DNA of 64,000 nucleotides. Origin: Setoptus koraiensis (lineage: Eukaryota > Animalia > Arthropoda). The translations under genes and the position numbers were made by a program. The DNA is taken from positions 16,616,001-16,680,000 of the forward strand of contig CM106585.1 of NCBI GenBank assembly GCA_048013815.1. The letters are read 5' to 3'. The notes below the pieces were generated by a model. The model was not told the origin of the DNA and did not search any database. It worked only from the letters and a program-made list of their open reading frames with translations. Of this stretch, positions 10,813 through 22,415 are shown piece after piece; within the stretch, counting starts at the first letter, position 1, and each line of letters begins with the position of its first letter.

Positions 10813-13770
10813 GCAGCAGTGGTCGGCGGCGAGCGAGGGCGTGGGCCCGCTCGAGGGTTTTGTGTGCGCGATCAACAAACTTGCAAATTGATATGAGATG
10901 AACGCAAGATATAACCGAGATGGATCGAGTCGCCCCGCACAATGACAGCCAGCTCGCCGCCATGTCCATAACACGATACGATATGGCGCTTTCGGTCGGC
11001 TTCTTGGACACCCCAAATAGACGCGCATTCGGGGTGCCCGAGCAAACGCGAACCCGGGTGCCCAGACAATCGCTGATTTCCCGATTCGCCGACTCCCCGA
11101 TTCGCCGATTCGGGACCGAGGCATCGCCATCGCATCAGCGCCTGCCGACCTGAGCCATGATCGCTCGTCTGCGGCAAGCAATTCAATGACATACATTATT
11201 GTCATCCGGAGATTATCAGCATTGGTTGGCTGTTGGCGTCACCGGGTCACATCCGCTGCTGAGGCGCCCAAAATTGACAATTAGAGACCATCAGCAATTA
11301 GAAACAATTGACATTTAGTGACAATTAGCAATTGGAAACAATTGACATTTGCAACCCGTCAGGTTGACGGCCCGTCGTTCGGGCCGGTGCGCACCGGCCG
11401 GCCGCAGTCATATTGACAGTGGGTGGAATGGATGGCTCAAGCACACAATTTGAATTTGATTTAACAGAGGGCAATCGCGCAAACAAGCGGACGCCGTTGG
11501 CGTATGAGGGGGGCGCCGAGCAATGGCGATTTGTCATTGAATTGAATCGTTGTCATTCACTGCCAGTGATTCACTGGCCATCGGGCGCCCCCGCGAGCTG
11601 GCTTAAAATGACAAAATCACAAACGCAAAGATCGCTCGCCGGGGCTGCTGCCGGCCTCGCCAGCCAGCATCGCCAGTGTGGTCAGTTTGGGTTTGCCGGA
11701 GCCGCTCAATCGTGTCAATCTATTTTGGTCCCCCTGTCTACTTCGAATCGCCAATTCGAATGCGTGTATCCGGGGTGCATCTGCTGCATGTTTATATGTG
11801 ATACATGTGGCAAAATGGCGCGCATCACGCCGGAGCGAGCCGACAGCGGATTAGCCGAACTTGCTCGATACACTTGTCAGTGTGCGTTTGGGGCCCCCAG
11901 CAAGCGATCAAAATTAAATGAGGCGGAAATTGACTATTCAAGTAGACAATAATAACGACTATTATTATTGGCTGTGTCACATTGCCGCGTGTATTAATAT
12001 TACCACTATTATTGGGTTGTGTGTTCTATGTGGCAAGGGCCTCTGATGGCGCTCGAGCCACATAAAGTCTCGGCTCGGCACGGCTCGATCCTCTGGCCCC
12101 ACGACGAATTTCGCCCCGCGCGTCCGGGCCGGCGGATCGATGGACGATCGATTGGCGGCGGATTGATGGACGATCGATCGGCGGCGGACACAAATTGTAA
12201 AAACATAATTGCTGATTAATGTCGTGCCCACTGGCTTTCGATGCATCGTTCGATGCATCGAAGATCGCTCGATCGGCACGACATTGCGAGGCAGTGATCG
12301 CCCTTGATCCCCGTGACAAACTATCGACAAACTGCCATCCGTCTGGCAAGTGATGCCAGCGGACAAGTGAAGCTAGCGGACAAGTGCAGCGCGTGGCCTC
12401 GCCACGGCCATCAATGTCGATCTATTGACTCTATTTGCGTTTGCTGGCGCCGACACTCGATCGAAACGATTTGTTGTGTCAGAAATGGGGCGAGATCCGG
12501 CGCGAATGGCGAGAGATTCGGCGCAAATGGCGGGATATCGGGGGCAGAAATTGCGCGATGTCCGGCAGAAAATTTTGGCCAACGCCCGTCGATTTGTTGA
12601 TTTGGCCGGGAATCGCATTGGCTGCATTTGAGCGCCGGCTCGAGCGACCTGTTGAGCGGACGCACCAATTGACGCGCAAAATCGCGACGCCTCCAGCTCG
12701 CCGGCCCGGCCCGGCACTGCGGCTTCCGGTGCCCGCCTGTGCCCATCTGTGCGCGTCAGTCCAAAGTGGACACACTCTGAACGCACTCCCGAACTGGCGT
12801 GTCGACCGGCCGGGGAGGCCTCCCCAAGGACGCGCTGGCCGCAACCTGAAGTGCACCGATCTGGTATCACAATGTACAACAACACTGTATACAACAACAA
12901 TGTATAACAAGTACGAGACAACGCGCTTGTCTTAGGCGGTTGTTGCGCCGGGCCGCACTTGACAGCCACAGTGGGACCGGGCCGAAATAAGAGAAGAGGC
13001 CGTTGCACGGGCTGGCTCACCCGCGAGAGCCGGCCCGACCAAAGTGGCCGCGATCGAGTGGCCAGTTCGGCAAGCCGGGCCCCGCAGGCCGAGCAAGTTG
13101 GGCCGTGGGCGAGCGCCGAGTGTCGGGCCGACGGGCGATGATGGAAAATGATCGATTTGATTCAGTTCAAATGACGACGGTATCGGCCACCGTGTGCGGC
13201 CCGATGTCGCTGACGGCCCCACCTATTTTTGGCGCGCCTATGCGGCGGCCAAAAATAGCCGCCGCATTCGAGCTGGCGCCCCCTCCCCCCGATTGGCAAT
13301 GAGAATAACAATATCGCACAATATCCGCACAATATCCCACTCAACAGCGACACTCGATACAATTGTTTTTGTTTTGTTTTGGGGCGCCCGTTTCACTGGC
13401 ACCGCTATTCAATGGCGCATCACTGGCGCGATACCGCACACTTGGCACTGCCGAGCGAGCAGCCCGACGACGGACGAAACTTCACCTGTCTCGCCTGGCT
13501 GTGGCCGTCGAGTGCCCAGCTCGGGCCGAGTGGCCGGGCTCGGGCCGAGTGGCCGGGCGACGCTTGTCGCGGGTGCGGCGTGCCACGGACATATGGCGCG
13601 AGAGTGTTGATTTGGGCGGCCGCGGCCGAGCGTTGATTTCAACGGGCGGCCGGCCGGCCCGCTGGTGCCATTAAGTGGGCCGCCCATTGAGTGGCGCTGC
13701 GTGCTTGTGGCAGCACCACTCAACGGCGGCCCGCGTGGCGCCGCCGAGTGTCGGCCGCACCGGCCGCATC

Positions 13771-13842
13771 AATCTTGCCAATCTCGCCCATCTCGCCCAT
13801 CTCGCCAATCTCGCCCATCTTGCCAATCTTGCCAATCTCGCC
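13771..13842. repeat. 9-bp minisatellite (MATCTYGCC) x8
   Basis: Eight consecutive 9-mers. Confidence 0.9.
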
Positions 13843-16800
13843 ACTTGTGTGTGTGGCCATTTCTGGCAAAATCATTATTATTACCGCGCCACTATTATTG
13901 TATAATCGATTATGGCTCTCTAACTGTCCATTTTGACAACTATCAAGCCGGCGAGACGCGCCAGCGACACCCAGCGCCCAGGTATTGTGCGGATTGGCGT
14001 CAGCGGGCCGCAATGATAAATGTTTGCGCAATCTTGGCTAGCTGGGCACATTGTTCGTGTTGGCGCTGCCGGCCAGACACTTTGAAACAAGCAACGAGGC
14101 GGCCCGTGCGATATGACAAGTCCGCGCTCTGACAGCTCGCTCATTGGCGTTGCCGGTGCGCGACCCCGGCTACCTGGCGACCTATATTTCGATTTTCGTA
14201 TTGGCGGGCGCAACTGGCTCGAAATATTGTGTTCGCGAAATCTTTTGCGAATTTTTCGCGAGCTTTTTTCTCTAAAAGAGAGACGCCAACAGTAACGAGA
14301 GGCCGCTTGCGATCATCACAACATGATGGGACAATGCCGCCATAATCAAGCGGCGGGATAAAAATAAAACATTGCGACGCCTTGGCCGGCCGCTCGCCGC
14401 TAATCTCATTCAATTGAACCCATTAAGCTAATCTAATGCCCGACCAAACACAATGAGTCGCGGTCCAGACACAATCATCGATCATCATAAAGGAACCAGC
14501 GAGCGCACCAAAATAACCATTCCACTCTCTTGTTTATACATACAATATTGGCACCTGCCGAGGGCCCCACTGGCCGGTATCTGTTGGCCGCTCGAGAGGC
14601 TGCCCGCCGGCACGGTCGTCATAATAATGTAATATACTTTATATATATATATGTGCAATATTGTAGTGTGTATATTTAGCCGGGGAGGCCAGCATTTAGC
14701 CGGCATTTGGCCAGGCTCGGCCGGCTCGAGCCGGCCGAGGCTGTTGCAATGAGCCTGCTCGGCGACGCGCTCCATAAGTATCTAGCACACGGATCACTGT
14801 TGGGAGCGGCGCTCATTTTTCACATGTAATTAATTGAAATGTGTCTCTTTGAGGCGCCGTATCAATCTCAGTGTCACAGCGCCCATTTATTGTCTACGCG
14901 AGCGCCACACAATGGCCCGCTTGTCTTGGCCAGCGGTGCTTTATGTGACACAAGTGCCATATAGACGCCGTTATGGGCCCCCATCTCACATAATCTCATC
15001 TCATCTCATCTAATTTAATTTAATCTGTGGATGTAGCAAGCACGGCCGACATATTGCCGCCGTCGACTCGACATTGTTGTATGTGTTTTCCACGATATTA
15101 GAAAGGCCGGCCGGCCAGCACCAGGTAAATTGGACTTGATGACTGGTGCAGTTGGCTCAAGACTGGCCGCGCCAGCGCCCCAGTCACGCCAGGAATCAAG
15201 TGTCACGCGTCCGCAGCCAGCTACTGGCTTGCGCGAGCCGCCAAGCGCCATTTTAATGATGCCACTGACCATTACAACGACGCCTCGCCATTACAACAAC
15301 GCTGTCTGACCATTAAATCTTATGCGTCATATTTGCATATTGTTATGGGATATGCACAGCCGGCTGGAAGGGGCGCCACCATCGCCACCGTCAGCACGCA
15401 GCGCGATAGGTGAGCCCGACTCCGGCGCTGTAAACATGCTGCGGGCAAGGCGTAAACACTGACAGCGCAAACATTTACACAACTTGTTATGTAACACCAA
15501 ACGGCTTCATTTGCTGTCATTTATACAACAATATCATTACTATTATGCTTTGCTCGGTCATCGTGCTGCCGCCCTGCCGACAATTTATAACTATAATGAT
15601 AACACTATACTTGTCGTTGTTGTTGCTGCTGTCGTTGTTGTTGCTGCTGTCGCTGTTGTCGCAGTTGTTGCTGTTGTTGTTGTCGGTGCTGTTGTCACTG
15701 TTGGCGCTGTTGTTGTCCATAATGATGATCACCGCCGTCATGAGGCTGTCGTCGCCGCCGTTGTGTCATTGTTACATAGGTGCATGTTAACATGTATGTA
15801 ATGCAATATCGACCATGTAAGGATAATTCCCCCAAGACAGTTATTGACTGCCATATCTTTGCTCTTGTTTCTCCGTTCGTGCCAGCCCCACCGCCACCCC
15901 CGGTTGGTAATCGCGATCACACCAACGCAGATCACCGCACAATGGTAACGATTGAGCTAATGAGCTCTGGCTCGTCGTCGTCGTCACCGCCGTCGTTGTT
16001 GTTGTTTATTGGGGCTTCTTATTTTCAACAAACAACAACAACACACACACACGCACACAAGTCTGTCTATATCGAAGTCGGCCACAAGAGACGTGATGTG
16101 CCGCATATCCTTTCTTATGTAATATACGAGAGAATCTTCTTATGCGAACAAAAAAAAAACAGTAGAAAATGATTGCAACATTACCAACTGAGCCTAAATT
16201 ATGTGACAACGCCAATTTATTTATCTGCGTGTCATTGTTTGCAACACACACACACGCACTCGCTCATAGCCACTATTGGAACGCGCGGGATCGGCCCGCT
16301 CTGACACTTAAATCATTCGGACTCACCTGTAATCGAGGCCAAGCCGCTAACAAATTACAGTGCTACGTGATTGGATTGTCAACTATTAATATGAGACAGA
16401 AAGAAGTTAATCATCATCTCGATCTAATTGATATTTATTTACTATGAGCGCCAAACGTATAATAATACTACGTACTGGTATTATACTTTTGTTGTATCAT
16501 CCTGTAGTTGCTGTAGTTGGATGCGCTTCTTTTAACTAAATGACAAAAATGATGTCGGCAAACAAACTCGTTCTTTTGTCCAATCTTTTGGTCTCTAATA
16601 TAACATGGATTCCAAGCTGATATAGCCACATGTAGTGGTCAAAACCTGCTTGTTAGAGTTTCGTCACGTGGAAAAAAGCGGGCAAAAACGAAAAAAAAAA
16701 CAGGGTCATTTCTGTTATATGATTTAATGTTACTTTGCCACTTTACTTGATTGCACCATCAATCTTGTTAGCAGCTATGAAACGAAGCCAAAATAAACAG

Positions 16801-17308
16801 CTTATATATGTGTACACGCACCATGTTTTTCCTGCAATGTCTAGTCTTCTAAGCGGCTAGCCATTTAGTCGTGCAAGAATGTCATTATGATTGAGTCACG
16901 TACTAAATGGAATAAAGATTTCCTTGGTGGCTCTGATTAATATTCGATCATGGTGACAACAATACACAAGACATTGAAAGAGAAATAGAATAACGCACAA
17001 ATGCGAATGCATTCCAAGTAAGAGATCAGGAAGGTTCACTATAACAAATATATACTACTACTACTACTACTACTACTACTAAAGAAATGCACGGGGATGT
17101 TAAATTGATGGATGATTATTGAACGCCATCTACACAAAAATATAAATAAATATTTATCACTAACGTTCAAGTATACAAAAGCACGTGTCTTACAAATGAT
17201 TATGTAAGGGGCAATCTATTCTTTGTCACCGAGTTCACTTGGTCGTTCAGATTGCTCCATTAAGTTGCGAGTTTAGTTTTTGAACTTTTAAAAAAACACA
17301 ATATCCCC

Positions 17309-19396
17309 CTATAGGGAATTCCATGAAAAGTCCGCGATGAGTGATACGTGATCAGACGGAAACACTACACTAGGCAAGGCTACGTGCTTAGCTAGTTCTG
17401 CATTATCTGGCAAAGGCACTATCATCTTGCAGTCCAAATGCTGATGGCTGTAATATATGTAATCCAAGCAACCCTTAAAATCTAACGTATAGTTCGTATA
17501 GTCAGGCGTGCCATAGGCGGATGTCAGACGAAGGCTTGTCGACAGACTCAAGCCTACGACTGCTTCCTCTTTGTTACTTTTCCAGTCTTTGAGTGTCTCG
17601 GATGCATCACCGCTGGTCACCAAACTGTATATGCCACAATCAGGTGTGCTGTTAAAATCACCACACAAGATAGGAGCAACTTCCAACCCTTGCATCTCTT
17701 CCGGGGAGGCATTCGGAGTAGTAAATAGGTCACTATGCTCTAACATATAGTCTCTTATAAATTCCAAATACTTGACAATAACACCTCCTTGTAAAAGTCT
17801 AATATGATCAGCATCGGGATGGAAGTAGAGATGTGTATTGGCAATGAGTAAAAGTTGATTAGGTTTCAATTTGTTGCGCAGTATAGTCATTTGTACCACC
17901 GTGTATCTATTGAGAAAACGTTTGGCAAGGCTGCTATTGGCTTCGATAGCTTGTTTTATGGGCTCCAATGAAGGTATACAGTCACCGGATTCGTTCGTTT
18001 TAGGTAATGCAATCTTGTCTATTGGGGTGAAAAATTGATCCTCCTCCCTTCCGGAGTCGTTGAAACCACCGCCACCGCAGCAACCAGGACTATCATCATC
18101 TATCTTTATGCTCCTTTTAGGGTCAACCAATCGAGAGAGTTCAACACTCCACGAAGTGACTAATTCAAATTTGGTCTCTCTGTAAAATATTGCGACACCT
18201 TCAGCCACCATGCCTCCCTTGGAACTATAAATACCTTTGAATTGTCCACCCGTTAGACAGAATGTTGGCTGTAGGTCATTGCGAAATACTTTACCGTCTA
18301 CTTCTTGAAGGCACATGATATCTGCGTTGTATCCAATTAGTTCTTTGAATAAAAGCTGTTTCCTGTATTCTATGTGTAAGGCGTAAGGTGGACAGTATTT
18401 GAATAGCGTATCACGCGAATAATCGGAGTCAGCGTATAGATCTGCCAATATGTTATATGTTATGAATCTAAAATCTTGCACATCACAATTGTCTTTAGTA
18501 TATTCGAAGCGTTTCTCAAATGGGCACGGTCCAGGACCAAGCTCAACGGGCCCGCTAGATATACACTCCTCTTGGAAACCTACACGCGATCCGTTGATTG
18601 GCAAACAGCAAAATTTGAGTAGGCGACCTAAATCTTCGTCTCCCGGATGGTACACTAGCGATTCTGCCACTTTGATCCACTTGATGTTTCCACCACAGTG
18701 AAGTTCGTGCTGCACATCTTCTTGCCGGTAGGTTGCTTGATCGTCTGTCTTGTAAACTTGCCTATACCAGGCGTATTTACAATCTCTATAGTTGCAAAAC
18801 TCAAGCCTCATTCTGGGTATTACATAGAAGCCGGCCATGATGTTTTTGGTGAGAAACAATGATCTTACTTGTGGCTCGTTAACACAAATGAGAAATTTTC
18901 TATCATCAACCTGGAGTATGTTTCCTGTAACCCAAGCATTGTCGTTTGTTGTCTTAAGAATATCCAAAACCTCTCCGTCCTTGATTACGTCCAACTTAAT
19001 ATCGCTTGATCTGGCCTGGCCATGTTTGCTTTTGTGGGCCTTTAGTTTTCTCTTTTCTATGTTATTTTTTAGACGATTAAGACACACATCTAGAGACTCG
19101 GTGCGATCCCGACTCAAATTAATCAACACATAATTTCCGTTTATATCTAAAGTGAAAGTTATCTTGAGAGTTTTTTCATCTTTAATGTCGCGCACAATCA
19201 CCTTGCTTTTGGCGGATTCCGGCTGATCCATGGGAACAATTCTGAATGGACTCTGTGTGCTGAATAGTAGCCTACAGGCGAATGGGAATTGTTTAAAGAT
19301 GAAGATTCTATTATTGGTGGTAGTGGTGATTATTTTATTGCTGCCAGCTAATATTTTGTATATCACAGAATTCAATAGTGTAACGCGAGCTATCAT
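17309..19396 (-). CDS. PDE12: 2',5'-phosphodiesterase 12 (CCR4/nocturnin-family EEP nuclease, mitochondrial deadenylase), single exon, 695 aa
   Basis: EEP catalytic motifs YNILAD, LQEVD, NTHL, CGDFNS, LDYIY and PSDH. PDE12-type N-terminal half (GPGPCPFEKR). Basic presequence-like N-terminus ending RLLFST. Confidence 0.92.
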   Translation of the reverse strand: MIARVTLLNSVIYKILAGSNKIITTTTNNRIFIFKQFPFACRLLFSTQSPFRIVPMDQPESAKSKVIVRDIKDEKTLKITFTLDINGNYVLINLSRDRTESLDVCLNRLKNNIEKRKLKAHKSKHGQARSSDIKLDVIKDGEVLDILKTTNDNAWVTGNILQVDDRKFLICVNEPQVRSLFLTKNIMAGFYVIPRMRLEFCNYRDCKYAWYRQVYKTDDQATYRQEDVQHELHCGGNIKWIKVAESLVYHPGDEDLGRLLKFCCLPINGSRVGFQEECISSGPVELGPGPCPFEKRFEYTKDNCDVQDFRFITYNILADLYADSDYSRDTLFKYCPPYALHIEYRKQLLFKELIGYNADIMCLQEVDGKVFRNDLQPTFCLTGGQFKGIYSSKGGMVAEGVAIFYRETKFELVTSWSVELSRLVDPKRSIKIDDDSPGCCGGGGFNDSGREEDQFFTPIDKIALPKTNESGDCIPSLEPIKQAIEANSSLAKRFLNRYTVVQMTILRNKLKPNQLLLIANTHLYFHPDADHIRLLQGGVIVKYLEFIRDYMLEHSDLFTTPNASPEEMQGLEVAPILCGDFNSTPDCGIYSLVTSGDASETLKDWKSNKEEAVVGLSLSTSLRLTSAYGTPDYTNYTLDFKGCLDYIYYSHQHLDCKMIVPLPDNAELAKHVALPSVVFPSDHVSLIADFSWNSL

Positions 19397-19448
19397 CGCG
19401 CGTGAAACAATATGGCCTAATAATATAGTTGGCTGTGTCTGTCTATGT

Positions 19449-20074
19449 CTACAATAGCCTCTTACTGACTACGTATAGGACGCAAAAGAAAAAGAAAAGC
19501 AATGCTAGAGCAATAAGAAATCTGTCTGTCGTTTCTCGTCTTCCGTATTTAGTCAATATTATTTTCGATTGCGATAACCAGCTTCCCATAACACGAAACT
19601 CTTCGTCGGTCCTGTTCACTGTTGAGGAGGATTCAATTAGCAAGCCCAATGTTTGTTCGCTTTGTTCCACTTGCGATGCCACCAAACGACTAATCGATAA
19701 CAAGTTCTCTCTGGCTATCTGAGCTTGATTGTTGCGCTTACTCCTTTGGTGCAAAGTGTTACTAGTAGTCGTTGGTCTCGTTTTACTGTTGGCGGAGCTT
19801 GTCCTAAACTTACTGATGCTATTCATCTCTAGATGGACAAAACAAAAAGCAATCACCAAAAAGCGAGCAATAACAATAATAAATAGTAATAATAAAATAA
19901 GTTAATTCGGTTGTTATCTATCTAGTTGAGTGATTATGTGACGTTGTACTTGAATATGTCTGTAGAGAAGGAGAGCACGTTTTTTTATTTATTTAAATTG
20001 ATATAGATTTTCGATATGTTACCATTCGTTTAGCACGGTGCAGTGCACACACACTCACTTATTCGCGTATTCAT
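19449..20074 (-). CDS. BNIP1: Sec20/BNIP1-like ER SNARE, short (131 aa). Exon 2 = 19828-19449; predicted exon 1 = 20074-20059
   Basis: SISRLVASQVEQSE...KYGRRETTDRFLIALALLFF matches the Sec20 SNARE motif plus C-terminal TM. Donor A|GTGAGT at 20058 and acceptor TTGTCCATCTAG| at 19829 join in frame. Exon 1 is inferred. Confidence 0.82.
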
Positions 20075-20264
20075 TGCGAGCACTTGGGTAAATTTGCGGG
20101 AAATTTGAGAGCTTTTTTTTTCGACGACTACGACGCTGGACGTGCTTCCGTGCTACGTCCGTCAAGTGGCCGGCGTTGGTTGTGGATGGGAATCAGCATT
20201 ACACTGTATCAATACATAATGGTGGGCATCATCATCATCATCATTATTATTATTATTATTATTA

Positions 20265-20957
20265 TTATTGTTTCTGTTGTGGTGCTTGATCAAATAAGAA
20301 TAGCTTCCTCACCTCGGCGTAAACCTCGTCGGGATTGGCCGTGGCATCGATCGTTTTCAATAGATTCAATTTTCTGTAGTGTTCCACAATAGGCATAGTG
20401 TCCTGTGTGAATGTCACAAGACGCTTGCGTAGGCTAGTCTCGTTGTCATCGGATCTATTGGAGCCCATTTGGCCGCGACTCAGACATCTCTGCACACACA
20501 CATCGTGCGGGCAATCCAAGAACAACACAAATCTTGTGTCTACCTTTTCCGCCATTTGCCTGGTCCAACCGTCTAAATTATCATTGTTGCGTGGGAAGCC
20601 ATCAATGAGAAATTTCCCTCGAACTTTGTGCTCTGGTTGTTGTTGCTTGCCGTCTTGCTGGTTGTTTGTATCTGAACAATATTTGTCCGATAACGTCCTG
20701 CAGTGGTCCACCATGGCCTTCTCGAGCAGACTGCAGGTCACCTCTACAGGCACAATTCGGCCTTCTTGAATGTACTTCTCTATCATTTCGCCATATTGTG
20801 AGCCTGGGTGGTTCCTTTCGGCCCTGAGCAAATCGCCCGCAGAAAGATGAGCGTAACCAAATTCGTCGCAAATTCGCTTACATTGGGTGCCCTTGCCCGA
20901 ACCGGGTCCACCTAAAACGAACGCAACGAGCGGCCGGAATCCGTTGAATCTATCCAT
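20265..20957 (-). CDS. CMPK1: UMP-CMP kinase (adenylate kinase family), about 230 aa
   Basis: FVLGGPGSGKGTQC P-loop, HLSAGDLLR, KFLIDGFPRN and RSDDN motifs. Start uncertain: ATG at 20969 or 20957, with an acceptor-like CTCAG just before 20957. Confidence 0.93.
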   Translation of the reverse strand: MDRFNGFRPLVAFVLGGPGSGKGTQCKRICDEFGYAHLSAGDLLRAERNHPGSQYGEMIEKYIQEGRIVPVEVTCSLLEKAMVDHCRTLSDKYCSDTNNQQDGKQQQPEHKVRGKFLIDGFPRNNDNLDGWTRQMAEKVDTRFVLFLDCPHDVCVQRCLSRGQMGSNRSDDNETSLRKRLVTFTQDTMPIVEHYRKLNLLKTIDATANPDEVYAEVRKLFLFDQAPQQKQ

Positions 20958-21508
20958 CCTGAGAAGCATAAGCAGATGAGTTGTGTGTCTAATGATGAAT
21001 TGATGATGTACTAACAACGCCAAATTAGCTCATGATTGGCTCCGATCGATTGAAGATTCTTTGACGCTTGCTTAACTTGATCGAGCTTATGGACGAGCAG
21101 CACAGAACCTGAAAACTTGTCCTGTCTAGCCTTAATTCTTGCCTAGGGTGAGCCATCTAATTATTCAGTTTCGCCGGATCTGTTCGTTGCGAGAAAACAT
21201 GTTTCTGTGCAGAAAACTTTCCATCCTTTATCATGTTTGTTGTTTATTTCATGGCAAACTCATGAACACACACACACACACACGCACGCACACAACACTG
21301 ACAGCTGATATTGCATCGCTATGCGCACGCCAACACGCGCCTATCAGATACATTTTGCCTCACGCTACTCCTCCTCATGCAATCATTTGGAAATCATTAC
21401 TGAGTCAGTCGTATTTAATTTGTTACCTATATTACATAGACATACTTGATAGAAACAAGATATTTATTTATAAACAACAACCTGCTATTTGAGCATTATT
21501 CCACCATA

Positions 21509-21940
21509 ATGCCGCTTCAATGCCTTACGGACCTGCCATCATACGATGCTGGAAATTTCAAACGATATACACGGGGCGATGAACAGAATCCACCAGCGAC
21601 TAATGGTCTCAGGACGCCAGCTCCAGCCAGACCCAATTCTATTTATGCAAATATTAAAGAATGTGCCACCGAACAACAGAAAATAGTTACTGATCCCAAT
21701 CCAAATAGTCTCATCAGCTATATAAATCACAGAGCAGCAGATAAGGCAAACAATCATTCGACCAGCAATTCATCATTCACAACGACATCACCTTCTACCT
21801 CCAAATCATCTCAGGTGCTATCTAGCTCTAAAAAACGAAAAATCACTACTGAACATAATAGCACGAGTGATAGTAAGAATGTTTCATCGATCAATGCAGG
21901 CTCTCAGAGGGCAACCAAACGATGTAAGAGAAAAAACTGA
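21509..21940 (+). CDS. DDA1: DET1- and DDB1-associated protein 1, 143 aa
   Basis: CLTDLPSYDAGNFKRY and RPNSIY...EQQKIVTD..NSLISYI align with DDA1 (FLKGLPVYNKSNFSRF ... RPSVY ... EQIIVTEKTNILLRYL). Basic, NLS-like tail. Confidence 0.82.
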   Translation: MPLQCLTDLPSYDAGNFKRYTRGDEQNPPATNGLRTPAPARPNSIYANIKECATEQQKIVTDPNPNSLISYINHRAADKANNHSTSNSSFTTTSPSTSKSSQVLSSSKKRKITTEHNSTSDSKNVSSINAGSQRATKRCKRKN

Positions 21941-22415
21941 ACTATGCACATTATAAACCTAATTATCATTGGAGGACTATATGTTTTGTGATAGCTATGC
22001 AAAAACAAACAATACCCAATTAAGTCTCCACTGTGTTTGTAAGTTAAGTTTATAGACAGTTGCCTATCGTCAAGAAATCGTGTCATCTTGGGTCAAAGGG
22101 TGCTAAGATCCTATCCCCGGGATATTACATTCTAAAGTTTGAAGATATCAACGTAGATAAAACGCTCAAATTGATTGCTGCGCTAAGCTATTTGCATGGT
22201 AAGATGATAAGTCAGTACACATCAAGACACACATGGTAGTAGTGATTTGCATATTTTGCCGGAGTGTATTCAGTTATTGCTATAAAATATATTAAGCCTG
22301 ATAAAGATAAATGTAAAATAAAATGCCAATCAAAATTTTCATACTTATAAAAGTTTTATACTTAGACAGGGGGTCTGTTGCGAAAAAAAAAGATCAAATT
22401 TACAGTGTGGTTGTT

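Noticed and set aside
868-13842. Short direct-repeat arrays as possible CRISPR arrays
   Set aside because: Units are head-to-tail with no unique spacers, no cas genes are present, and the context is eukaryotic.
143-16447. Dozens of 60-240 aa six-frame ORFs
   Set aside because: They overlap on both strands, derive from GC-rich or repeat DNA (poly-C/L/N, WPV, RPM repeats), and show no recognisable domain or consistent splice structure.
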